From NCBI RefSeq assembly GCF_009914755.1, contig NC_060930.1: a DNA stretch of 64,000 bases. One strand, given 5' to 3'. The stretch comes from the human T2T-CHM13v2.0 reference genome, Homo sapiens. The notes beneath the pieces are model-generated. The model ran no database searches, was not told the DNA's origin, and was given only the letters and a program-made list of their open reading frames with translations. Shown here one piece after another: positions 39,485 to 52,419 of this stretch; the first letter of the stretch is position 1; each line of letters starts with the position of its first letter. Made by a program: the position numbers and the translations under genes.

Positions 39485-42400
39485 CCCTCCCTCGAGCAGT
39501 TGAGAACTGCAGGATAAGTGAGGCACTTCAACCTCAAGGCTCATGCAGCCTAAGTGAGGCAATTCAACCTCAAGGCCCATGCAGGCTAAGTGAGGCACCT
39601 CAATCTCAAGGCCCATGCAGGCTAAGTGAGGCACCTCAATCTCAAGGCTTATGCAGGCTAAGTGAGGCACCTCAATCTCGAGGCTCATGCAGGCTAACTG
39701 AGGCACCTCAATCTCAAGGCCCATGCAGCCTAAGTGAGGAACCTCAGCCTCAAGGCTCATGCAGGCTAAGTGAGGCACCTCAACCTCTAGGCCCATGCAG
39801 CCTAAGTGAGGCACCTCAATCTCAAGGCCCATGCAGGCTAAGTGAGGCACCTCAATCTCGAGGCTCATGCAGGCTAACTGAGGCACCTCAATCTCAAGGC
39901 CCATGCAACCTAAGTGAGGAACCTCAGCCTCAAGGCTCATGCAGGCTAAGTGAGGCACCTCAATCTCAAGGCCCATGCAGGCTAAGTGAGGCACCTCAAT
40001 CTCAAGGCCCATGCAGGCTAAGTGAGGCACCTCAATCTCAAGGCCCATGCAGGCTAAGTGAGGCACCTCAATCTCAAGGCCCATGCAGGCTAAGTGAGGC
40101 ACCTCAATCTCAAGGCCCATGCAGCCTAAGTGAGGCACCTCAATCTCAAGGCTCATGCAGGCTAAGTGAGGCACCTCAATCTCTAGGCTCATGCAGGCTA
40201 AGTGAGGCACCTCAACCTCAAGGCTCATGCAGGCTAAGTGAGGCACCTCAATGTCAAGGCTCATGCAGCCTAAGTGAGGCACTTCAACCTCAAGGCTCAT
40301 GCAGGCTAAGTGAGGCACCTCAAACTCACGGCTCATGTAGCCTAAGTGAGGCACCTCAATGTCAAGGCTCATGCAGGCTAAGTGAAGCATCTCAATCTCA
40401 AGGCCCATGCAGGCTAAGTGAGGCACCTCAATCTCAAGGCTCATGCAGGCTAAGTGAGGCACTTCAACCTCAAGGCTCATGCAGCCTAAGTGAGGCACCT
40501 CAACCTCAAGGCCCATGCAGGCTAAGTGAGGCACCTCAATCTCAAGGCTCATGCAGGCTAAGTGGGGCACCTCAACCTCAAGGCCCATGCAGCCTAAGTG
40601 AGGCACCTCAATCTCAAGGCTTATGCAGGCTAAATGAGGCACCTCAATCTCGAGGCTCATGCAGGCTAACTGAGGCACCTCAATCTCAAGGCCCATGCAG
40701 CCTAAGTGAGGAACCTCAGCCTCAAGGCTCATGCAGGCTAAGTGAGGCACCTCAACCTCTAGGCCCATGCAGCCTAAGTGAGGCACCTCAATCTCAAGGC
40801 TCATGCAGGCTAAGTGAGGCACCTCAATCTCAAGGCTCATGCAGGCTAAGTGAAGCATCTCAATCTCAAGGCCCATGCAGGCTGAGTGAGGCACCTCAAT
40901 CTCAAGGCTCATACAGGCTCAGTGAGGCACCTCAATCTCAAGGCCCATGCAGGCTAAGTGAAGCACCTCAATCTCAAGGCTCATGCAGGCTAAGTGAGGC
41001 ACCTCAATCTCAAGGCCCATGCAGGCTAAGTGAGGCACCTCAATCTCAAGGCTCATGCAGGCTAAGTGAGGCACCTCAATCTCAAGGCTCATGCAGGCTA
41101 AGTGAGGCACCTCAATCTCAAGGCTCATGCAGGCTAAGTGAGGCACCTCAATCTCAAGGCTCATGCAGGCTAAGTGAGGCACCTCAATCTCAAGGCCCAT
41201 GCAGGGTAAGTGAGGCACCTCAATCTCAAGGCCCATGCAGCCTAAGTGAGGCACCTCAATCTCAAGGCTCATGCAGGCTAAGTGAGGCACCTCAACCTCT
41301 AGGCTCATGCAGGCTAAGTGAGGCACCTCAACCTCAAGGCCCATGCAGGCTAAGTGAGGCACCTCAACCTCAAGGCTCATGCAGGCTAAGTGAGGCACCT
41401 CAACCTCAAGGCTCATGCAGGCTAAATGAGGCACCTCAATGTCAAGGCTCATGCAGCCTAAGTGAGGCACTGCAACCTCAAGGCTCATGCAGGCTAAGTG
41501 AGGCACCTCAACCTCACGGCTCATGTAGCCTAAGTGAGGCACCTCAATGTCAAGGCTCATGCAGGCTAAGTGAAGCATCTCAATCTCAAGGCCCATGCAG
41601 GCTAAGTGAGGCACCTCAACCTCAAGGCTCATGCAGGCTAAGTGAGGCACCTCAACCTCAAGGCTCATGCAGCCTAAGTGAGGCACTTCAACCTCAAGGC
41701 CCATGCGGGCTAAGTGAGGCACCTCAACCTCAAGGCCCATGCAGGCTAAGTGAGGCACCTCAACCTCAAGGCTCATGCAGGCTAAGTGAGGCACCTCAAT
41801 GTCAAGGCTCATGCAGCCTAAGTGAGGCACTTCAACCTCAAGGCTCATGCAGGCTAAGTGAGGCACCTCAACCTCACGGCTCATGTAGCCTAAGTGAGGC
41901 ACCTCAATGTCAAGGCTCATGCAGGCTAAGTGAAGCATCTCAATCTCAAGGCCCATGCAGGCTAAGTGAGGCACCTCAATCTCAAGGCCCATGCAGGCTA
42001 AGTGAGGCACCTCAATCTCAAGGCCCATGCAGGCTAAGTGAGGCACCTCAATCTCAAGGCTCATGCAGGCTAAGTGAGGCACCTCAATCTCAAGGCTCAT
42101 GCAGGCTAAGTGAGGCACCTCAATCTCAAGGCCCATGCAGGGTAAGTGAGGCACCTCAATCTCAAGGCCCATGCAGCCTAAGTGAGGCACCTCAATGTCA
42201 AGGCCCATGCAGCCTAAGTGAGGCACCTCAACCTGAAGGCTCATGCAGGCTAAGTGAGGCACCTCAACCTCAAGGCCCATGCAGGCTAAGTGAGGCACCT
42301 CAACCTCAAGGCTCATGCAGGCTAAGTGAGGCACCTCAACCTCAAGGCTCATGCAGGCTAAGTGAGGCACCTCAACCTCAAGGCTCATGCAGGCTAAATG

Positions 42401-43074
42401 AGGCACCTCAATGTCAAGGCTCATGCAGCCTAAGTGAGGCACTGCAACCTCAAGGCTCATGCAGGCTAAGTGAGGCACCTCAACCTCACGGCTCATGTAG
42501 CCTAAGTGAGGCACCTCAATGTCAAGGCTCATGCAGGCTAAGTGAAGCATCTCAATCTCAAGGCCCATGCAGGCTAAGTGAGGCACCTCAACCTCAAGGC
42601 TCATGCAGGCTAAGTGAGGCACCTCAACCTCAAGGCTCATGCAGCCTAAGTGAGGCACTTCAACCTCAAGGCCCATGCGGGCTAAGTGAGGCACCTCAAC
42701 CTCAAGGCCCATGCAGGCTAAGTGAGGCACCTCAACCTCAAGGCTCATGCAGGCTAAGTGAGGCACCTCAATGTCAAGGCTCATGCAGCCTAAGTGAGGC
42801 ACTTCAACCTCAAGGCTCATGCAGGCTAAGTGAGGCACCTCAACCTCACGGCTCATGTAGCCTAAGTGAGGCACCTCAATGTCAAGGCTCATGCAGGCTA
42901 AGTGAAGCATCTCAATCTCAAGGCCCATGCAGGCTAAGTGAGGCACCTCAATCTCAAGGCCCATGCAGGCTAAGTGAGGCACCTCAATCTCAAGGCCCAT
43001 GCAGGCTAAGTGAGGCACCTCAATCTCAAGGCTCATGCAGGCTAAGTGAGGCACCTCAATCTCAAGGCCCATGA
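39472..43074 (+). other. 1200-codon repeat ORF, (CRLSEAPQSQGP)n; coding status unsupported
   Basis: Track start 39433 is TTG; first in-frame ATG is 39472 (AAAATGG) inside the THE1 LTR end; stop TGA 43072-43074. The frame is certainly open; the confidence refers to it being translated. Confidence 0.12.
39508..43073. repeat. 36-bp minisatellite/VNTR, about 99 units, consensus TGCAGGCTAAGTGAGGCACCTCAA(T/C)CTCAAGGC(C/T)CA
   Basis: Strict 36-bp period over ~3.57 kb; frame is preserved across the whole array, consistent with no indels. Confidence 0.99.
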
Positions 43075-43553
43075 AGGGGTCAAGTGAAATTTCCCATTTC
43101 AATATGACACAATATTATATTGTGATTTGATTTGCATATAACTATATTTCCCCTATTAAATTATAAGCAATTTGAATATGAGTGCATAATTGATGCCCAG
43201 TAAATATTTGCTGTTTGATTTAAAATATATTTGTTAAATATATAGGTTAAGTGCAATATCATGTTCTTATAGAGGGAGAACACTTGGTTTCTCTTGTTTT
43301 TCTTTTCTGTTAACTTGAATCTAAGGAGAAAACTAATGCATATTAATCTAATTTCTTAATACATATGCAGTCAGAAGAGAAACAAGTCTCTCTCAGCATA
43401 GTTATTTTTTTCTAATTCTCAGAATATGTCAACAGCTTCTATTGCTCAAACAAAATACAAACCTTTAAAAAGAAGTTGGTTCCCAGAGTGGCAATTTCTT
43501 CTGAAATTATTAGCTAGCTCTAACAGCACATTTTCTGACTTACATTTAGAGAG

Positions 43554-44046
43554 TGTATTAGTCAGGGTTCTCTTGAGAAACAGACAATAGGAGATACACA
43601 TGCACACATGGACAAATAGATTGATTATAAGACATTGGCTAACATGATTACTGAAGCCGAGAATTCCCACAATCTTCTGTCTGCAAGTTGGAGACCCAGG
43701 GAAGTCAATGGTCAAGTTCAAAGGCCTAGAGCCAGAGAACCAATAGTGTAGATTCCAGTCCAAGTCTGAAGGCCTGAGAGCCAGGAACACCCAGAGAAGA
43801 TGGATGTTCCAGCTCAAGCAGCCAGGCAGAGAATACAGCACTCTTCCACTTTCAATTCTATTCAGGCCCTCAGGGAAATGAATATGCCCACCCAAATTAG
43901 GGAGGGCCATCTGCCTCACCCAGTCCTCTACTCAAACGCCAGTGTCTTCCTGAAACACCCTCGTGAGAACACTCAGGATAATGTTTAACCAAATACCTGG
44001 GCATCCCATGGTTCACTCAAGTTGACACATAAAATTAACCATCATA
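43554..44046 (-). mobile_element. MLT2 (MLT2B/C-like) solo LTR
   Basis: TGTATTAGTCAGGGTTCTC..CTGCAAGTTGGAGACCCAGG..AAGTTGACACATAAAATTAACCATCATA. Confidence 0.88.
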
Positions 44047-44298
44047 GAGTTATTTTTAGTGACATATCTTAACAGTAAGGAGAATATATTCAATATAAAG
44101 AATCCAAGATAAATGGCAGAAAATGTAATCTATATTCCCAAAATAGACCAAACGTGACAAAACACTAGAAGTTCTTCTTAGTGAGAAAGCAATTTCTATG
44201 CTTTTATATACATATATTTAAAAATTCTGGCAGAGTAAGATGATGGAATAGAAACCTACACCATTCATTCCCCCTGCTGGAACACCATAGAACACCAT

Positions 44299-44621
44299 AT
44301 TTTTTTTGTTGTTGTTGTTGTTTTGTTTTTGTTTTTGTTTTGGACAGAGTCTTGTTCTGTTGCCCAGGCTGGAGTGCAGTGGTGTGATCTAAGATCACTT
44401 CAGCCTCTACCTCCTGGGTTAAGTGATTCTTGTGCCTCAGCCACCCAAGTAGCTGGGATTGCAGGCATGAGGCACCACATTGAGTTAATTTTTGTATTTT
44501 TAGTAGACGTGGGTTTTTGCCATGTTGGCCAGGCTGGTCTTGAACTCCTGGCCTCAAGTGATCTGCTAATCTCAGCCTCCCAAAGTGCTGGGATTACAGG
44601 CATGGGCCACAACACCCGGCC
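44299..44621 (-). mobile_element. Alu (older J/S type) in L1 5' UTR
   Basis: (TTG)n tail; TSD GAACACCATATTTT at 44290-44303 and 44625-44638. Confidence 0.95.
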
Positions 44622-47600
44622 TTGGAACACCATATTTTAACAATTATCTGCACGCAGAAAAGCTCCATCACGAGAACCAAATATCAGGTGAGGAATCACA
44701 GTATCTGGTTTTAACTTCATATCACTGAAAAAGGCATGAAGGAGGGCAGGAGAGACAATCTTGAGGACTGCTGTCACCCTTCCCCCAGCCCCTGGGCAGC
44801 ACCCATGTGGCACAGAGTTTAGGCACTCTGTGGAGGGAAAGCACAGCGACTGGAAAACTTTACATTGAACTCAGTGCTGCCCAGTCACAGCAGAGAATGG
44901 TGGGCTCAGCAGCACCGACGCATGGAGGAAGCATTTGGAGCAGCCCTAGCCAGAGGAAAATTGCCCATGCCAGCAGTGAGAACTTGAATTTCTTGGCAAG
45001 CTTTTCCACTGTGGGCTGAAGTGCTCTGGGGTTCTAAATAAACTTGAAAGGTAGTCTAGGATACAAGGACTACAATTCCTAGGACTGCAATTCTAAGGCT
45101 GGGCTTAGAGCCAGTGGACTAGGGTGACAGATGACCTAGGGTGGCTAAGGGAGTGCTTGCACCACCCCTCCCCCAAACCCAGGCAGCACAGCTCATAGCA
45201 ATGACAATGACTCCTTCCTTCTGCTTAAGGAGGGGAGAGTGAAGACTAAAGAGGACTTTGTCTTGCACCTTGGATACCAGTTCAACCACAGTAAGATAGG
45301 GCACGGGGCAAAGTCATGAGACCTCCCTTCCAGACCCTATCTCCTGGACATTTCTAGATGCACTTTGGGCCAAAAAAGAACCCACTGCCTTGAGGAGAAG
45401 GACCCAGTCCTGGCAAGATTTATTATCTGCTAAAAAGCCTTGGTGCCTGAATAACCAGCAGCAATACCCAGGGAGTACACTGTGAGCCTTAGGCTCTGAG
45501 ACGTGCTGGCTTAACTAGTGGCCCAGAGCACTCCCAGCTGGGGAGGCTATGCTGAAAGATTCCTTCAGTTCGAGAAAAGCAGAGTGAAAATCGAAGGGGA
45601 CTTCATTTTGCACCTTAGGTATCAGCTTGAACACAGTAGGTTAGAGTAACAAACAGACTCTTGGGGTCCCTGAGTCCAGGCCTAGGCTTTCAGGCAGGAT
45701 TTCTGGACCTACCATGAGTGAGAGGGAAGCCCACTGCCCTGAAGCGTGAATCCCAGGCCTGGAAACATTCACCACAATCTGGTGGAAGAGCCTTTGGGCT
45801 TTAAGTGAACATCAGTGGTGGCCTTGCAGAACCCCTGTGGACCAGTGGTGGTGGCGGCCACAGGGAAAGGTTCTTCTGCCTATGGAATGGGGAGGAAAAG
45901 CAGGAAAGACTTTGTATTGTAGTATGAGAGCCAGCTTAGCCACAGTAGAATAGGATATATGGTAAACTGCTACGGTTTTTTACTCTAATCCTTGGCTCCC
46001 AGGCAGCATCTCTGGACATGCCCAGGGCCTGGGAGAACTCACTACCCTGAAGGGAATGGCCTTGGGCAAGAGCCAGTGATATGCAAGCTTCAGGTTTCAG
46101 CCAGCACAGTACCAGTGGTGGTGGTCACAGGGGTGCTTATGTCACTCCACCCCCAGTTCCAGGCGGCTCAACAGAGAGAGAGAGAAACTTCATTTGTTTG
46201 GGGAAAGGTAAGGGAAAAGAATAAGAATCTCTGCCAGGTAATCCAGAGAATTCTTCTGGATCTTATCCAAGACCACCAAGGAAGTACCTCTATGAGTCTA
46301 CAAAAACCACAGCATTATTGGGCTTGGGGCCCAGGTCCCTTCAAATCCCTGGAAATCCTTCCCAAGAAGGACAGATACAAATAAGCCCAAACTGTGAAGA
46401 CTACAATAAATACCTAACTCTTCAATGCCCAGACACTGACGAACATCTACAAGCATCAACACCATCCAGGAAAACATGACTTCATCAAATGGACTAAATA
46501 AGGCACCAGGGACCAATCCTAGAGAAACGGATATATATGACCTTTCAGACAGAGAATTCAAAATAGCTCTTTTGAGGAAACTCAAAGAAATTCAAGGTAA
46601 CACAGAAAATAAATTCATAATTTTATCAGTTAAATTTAACAAGGAAATTGAAATAATTAAAAAGAATCAAGCAGAAATTCTAGAGTTGAAAAGTGCAACT
46701 GAAAAGTGCTGAAGAATGGATCAGAGTCTCTTAATAGCAGAATTGATCAATTAGTGAGCTTGAAGACACGTTATTTGAGAAGACACACAGAGGAGAAAAA
46801 ATAAAAAAATAAAAAACAATAAAGCGTGCCTACAAGATCTAGGAAAAAACCTCCAAAGGGCAAATCTAAGAGTTATCAGGCTTAAAGAGGAGGCAGAGAA
46901 AGACATAGGGGCAGAAAGTTTATTCAAAGGGATAATATCAGAGAGAACCTCCCAAACCTACAGAAAGATTAACGTTCAAGTACGAGAAGGTTATAGAACA
47001 CCAAGCAGATTTAACTCAAAGAAGACTGTCTCAGGGTATTTAATAATCAGACTCCCAAAGGGCAAGGATAAATAAAGGATTTTAAAAGCAGCAAGAGAAA
47101 GAGAAACAAATAACATATAATGGAGCTCTAATACATCTGGCAGAAGACTTTTCAGTGGAATCTTTACAGGCCAGGAGAGAGCAGCATGACATATTTAAAG
47201 TGCTGAAGGAAAAAAAACTTTTAGTCTAGAATAGTATACCTGGCAAAAATATCCTTCAAGCATGAGAGAGAAATAAAGACCTTTCCAAGCAAAAGCTGAG
47301 GGATTTCATCAACACCAAACCAGTCCTACAAGAAATCCTAAAGAGAGTTATTTAATCTGAAAAAAGGATGTTAATGAGCAAGAAGAAATTATCTGAAAGT
47401 ACAAAACTCACCACCAATACTAAGCACACAAAAAACACAAAATAATATAACACTGTAATGGTGTGTAAACTACTCGTCTTAAGTAGAAAGACTAAATGAT
47501 GAATCAATCAAAAATAAAAACTATGACAACTTTTCAAGACACAGATAATACAGTAAGACATAAAGAGAAACAACAAAAAGTTAAAAAGGAGGGGGTCAAA

Positions 47601-48848
47601 GTTAAAATGTAGAGTTATTAGTTTTCTTTTTGTATGTTTGTATATGCAATGAGTGGTATGTTTTCATCAGTTTAAAAGAATTGGTTATAAGATAGTATTT
47701 GCAAGTCTTCTGGTAACCTCAAATCAAAAAACATACAATGGATACACAAAATTTTTTTAAAAAACAAGAAATTAAAGCATGCCACCAGGGAAAATCACCT
47801 ACACTAAAAGGAAGGCAGACAGGAAAGAAGAAAGAGAAGATTGCAAAGCAACCAGAAAACAAATAATAAAATGGCAGGAGTAAGTCCCTAATTATCAATA
47901 ATAACCTTAAATGTAAATGGACTAAACTCTCTAATCAAAAGACACAGAGTGGCTGAATGGATGAAAAAAAAAAAAAAACCAAACCCAATGACCTGTTGCC
48001 TACAAGAAACACACTTCACCTGAAAAGATAAACCTTGACTGAGAATAAAGCATAGGAAAATGTTATTCCATGCAAATGGAAACCAAGAAAGAATATGAGT
48101 AGCTATACTTAAATCAGAAAAAAATAGATTTCAAGACAAAAATCATAAGAAGAGACAAAAAATGTTATTATATAATGATAAAGAGGTCAATTCATCATGA
48201 AGATATAATGATTATAAATATATATGTACCCAACACTGGAGCACCCAGATATATACAGCAAATATTATTATAACTAAAGACAGAGATAGACCCCAATAAT
48301 AGTTGGAGACTTCAACACCCCACTTTAGCATTGGACACATCTCCCAGATAGAAAATCAACAAAGAAACATCAGACTTAATCTGCACTATAGGAAAAATTG
48401 ACTTATATACTTACAGAGCTTTTCCTACATTGGCTTCAGAATACACATTCTTCTCCTCAGCACATGGATCATTCTCAAGGGTAGATCATATATTAGGTGA
48501 CAAAACAAGTCTTAAAACATTTTTAACAACTGAAATAATATCAAACTCCTTTTCTGACCACAATGGAATAAAACTAGAAAATAATAAGAGGAGGAATTTT
48601 GGAAACTATACAAATACATGGAAATTAAGTAATATGCTCGAATGACCAGTGGGTCAATGAAGAAATTTAGAAGGAAATTGAAAAATTTCTTGAGACAAAT
48701 AATAATGAAAACACAACATACCAAAACCTGTGGGATATAGTGAAAACAGCACTAAAAGGGAAATTTATAGCTGTAAGTGCCTACATCATTAAAGAAGAAA
48801 AGCTTCAAATAAATAACCTAATGATGCATCTTAAAGAACTACAAAAGC

Positions 48849-49284
<436 letters not shown>

Positions 49285-52200
49285 TTATGGACAAACCATT
49301 AGCCAGACCAAAAAGAGAGAGAGAAGACCCAAATAAACAAAACCAGAGACAAAAAAAGGAGACATTACAACTGATACCACAGAAATTCAAAGGATCATTA
49401 GTGGCCACTATGAATGATTATTTGCCAATAAATTGGAAAATCTAGAAGAAATGGATAAATTCTTAGACATATACAACCTAAGATTGAGCTATAAAGAAAT
49501 CCAAAACAGACCAATAACAAGTAGGGAGATTGAAGCCATAATAAAAAGTCTCTCAATAAGGAAATGCCAAGGACTTGATGACTTCACTGTTACATTCTAC
49601 CAAACATGTAAAGAACTAATACCAGTCCTACTCAAACTGTTCCAAGAAATAAAGGAGGGGATACTTCCAAATTCATTCCATGAGGCCAGTATTTTACCTG
49701 ATACCAAAACCAGACAAAGACACATCCTAAAAAGAAAACTACAGTCCAATATTTCTGATAAATATTGATGCCAAAATTCTCAACAAAATACTAGCAAACA
49801 AAATTCAACACTGTGTTAAGAAAGATCATTGATCATGATCAAGTAGGATTTATCCCAGGGATGCAAGGATGGTTTAACATATTCCAATCAATCAATGTGG
49901 TACATCATATTGACAGAATAAAAGACAAAAACCGTATGATCATTTCAATCGATGCTGCAAATGTATCTGATAAAGTTCAACATCTCGTCATGATAAAAAC
50001 CCTCAAAAAAGTGGATATAGAAGGAAAATATCTCAACATAATAAAAGACATATATGACAGACTCACAGCTAGTATCATACTAAATGGGGAAAAACTGAAA
50101 GCCTTTCCTCTCAGATCTGGAAAATGACAAGGATATATACCTTCACCACAGTTATTCAACATTGCTCTGGATTTCCTAGCTAGAGCAATCAAATAAGAGA
50201 AAGAAATAAAGGGCATCCAAATTGGAAAGGTGGAAGTCAAATTATCTTTGTTTGCAGATTATATGATCTTATATTTGGAAAAACCTAAAGACTCCACCTA
50301 AAAAACTATTAGAACTGATAAATTCTGTAAAGTTGAAGGATATAAAATCAATATACAAAAATCAGTGGCATACCTATATGCCAACAGTGAACAATCTGAA
50401 AAAGAATAAGAAAGTAATCTCATTTATGATAGCCACAAATAAAATTAAATGCCTAGGAATTAATCAAAAAAGTGAAAGATCTCTACAATGAAAATTATAA
50501 AACACTGATGAAATAAATTGAAGAGGACAGATAGAAAATGGAAAAATATTTTATGTCCATGGATTGGAAGACTCAACATTGTTAAAATGTTCATATTATC
50601 CAAAGCAATCTACAGATTCAATGCCATCCCTATGAATATACCAATGACATTCTTCACAGTCCTAAAATTCACATGGAATCGCAAAAGACCCAGAATAGAC
50701 AAAGCTATCCTGAGCAAAAAGAATAAAACTAGAGGAATCACATTACCTGACTTCAAATTATACTACAGAGGTATAGTAACCAAAACAGCAAAGTACTGGC
50801 ATGAAAACAGACACATAGACCAATGGAACAGAATAGAGAACCCAGAAACACGTCCGCACACCTACAGTGAACTCATTTTTTGACAAAGGTGCCAAAATCA
50901 TACATGGGGAAAAAGGCAGTCTTTTCAATAAATGGTGCAGAAAGGACTTGATATCTGTATGCAGAAGAATGAAACTAGATCCTTATCCCTCATCATATAT
51001 AAAAATCAAATAAAAAATGGATTAAAGACTTAAAACCAAGACCTCAGACTATGAAACTACTACAAAAAACATTGAGGAAGCTCACTGGGACATTGGCCTT
51101 GGCAAAATTTTCTTGAATGATACCCCACAAGCACAGGCAACCAAGCAAAAATGGACAAATGGGATCACATCAGGTAAAAAAGCTTCTGCACAGCAAAGGC
51201 AACAATCAACAAAGTGAAGAGACAACCCACAGAGTGGGAGAAAATATTTACAAACTACCCACCTGTCATGGGATTAATAACCGGAGTATGCAAGGAACTT
51301 AATCAACTCTATAGGGAAAAAAAAAACTAATAAACTGATTTAAAAATGGGCAAAATATTTGAATAGACATTTTTGGAAACAAGATATACAAATGGCAAAC
51401 AGGTATATGAAAAGGTACTCAATATCATTGACCATTAGATAAATGCAGATTAAAACTACAATAAGTCGTCATCTCACCCCAGATAAAATGGCTTTTATCC
51501 AAAACTCAGCAATAACAAATGCTGATGAGGATGTGGAGAAAAAGGAACCCTCATACGCTGTTGGTGGGAATGTAAATTAGTACAACCACTATGGAGAACA
51601 GTTTAGAGGTTCCTCAAAAACTAAAAATAGAGGCTACCTTATGATCCAGCAATCCCACTGATGCGTATATACTCAAAAGAAAAGAAATCAGTATATCAAA
51701 GACACAACTGACCTCCATGTTTGTTGCAGCACTGTTTTCAATAGCTAAGATTTGGAAGCAACCTAAGTGTTTATTATCAGATGAATGGATAAAGAAAATG
51801 TGGTACATATACACAATGGAGTACTATTCAGCCATAAAGAAAAATGAGATTCTGTCATTTGCAACAACATGGATGGAAATGAAGGTCATTATATTAAGTG
51901 AAATAAGACAGGCACAGAAACATAAACATCACATGCTCTCACTTATTTGTGGAATCTAAAAATCAAAACAATTGAACTCATAGAGATAGAGAGTAGAAAA
52001 AATGGTTACCACAGTCTTGGAAGGGTAGTGGTGTGCGGGGTGAGGGAGGTAGGAGGGGATGGTTAATGGGTACAAAAAACATAGAAAAAAGGAATAAGAC
52101 CTAGTACTTGTAGGCATAACAGGAGGACTATAGTCAATAATCATTTAATTTAATCGCAAATTTTAAAGTAACTAAAAGAGTATAATTGGATTGTTTGTAA

Positions 52201-52300
52201 CAATTCTTGAGGGGAGGGATATCTAATTTTCTATGATATGATTATGAAGCATTGCATGCCTGTACCAAAATATTTAATTCAGCATATATATATATATATA

Positions 52301-52419
52301 TGTTTGCAGATTATATGATCTTATATTTGGAAAAACCTAAAGACTCCACCTAAAAAACTATTAGAACTGATAAATTCTGTAAAGTTGCAGGATATAAAAT
52401 CAACATACAACATCAGTAG
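52301..52419 (+). repeat. Local duplicate of L1 ORF2 segment 50249-~50368
   Basis: First ~87 nt identical to the sequence 2052 bp upstream; only a few differences afterwards. Confidence 0.95.

Larger units (their letters stand above)
38292..43101 (+). mobile_element. 3' LTR of the same provirus, inflated from ~0.8 to 4.8 kb by a 61-bp triplication, a THE1 insertion and a 36-bp VNTR
   Basis: Colinear with the 5' LTR on both sides of the inserts; ends GAAGGGGTCAAGTGAAATTTCCCATTTCA; 4-bp TSD ATAC (30719-30722) / ATAT (43102-43105). Confidence 0.9.

Noticed and set aside
39508-43073. 36-bp periodic array as a CRISPR array
   Set aside because: Units are head-to-tail with no unique spacers, there are no cas genes, the DNA is primate, and the unit derives from the LTR
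39433-43074. 1213-aa ORF as an established gene (mucin, keratin-associated or zinc-finger protein)
   Set aside because: Track start is TTG; no signal peptide or unique domain; no C2H2 pattern; wholly TE/VNTR-derived. Kept only as a hypothesis
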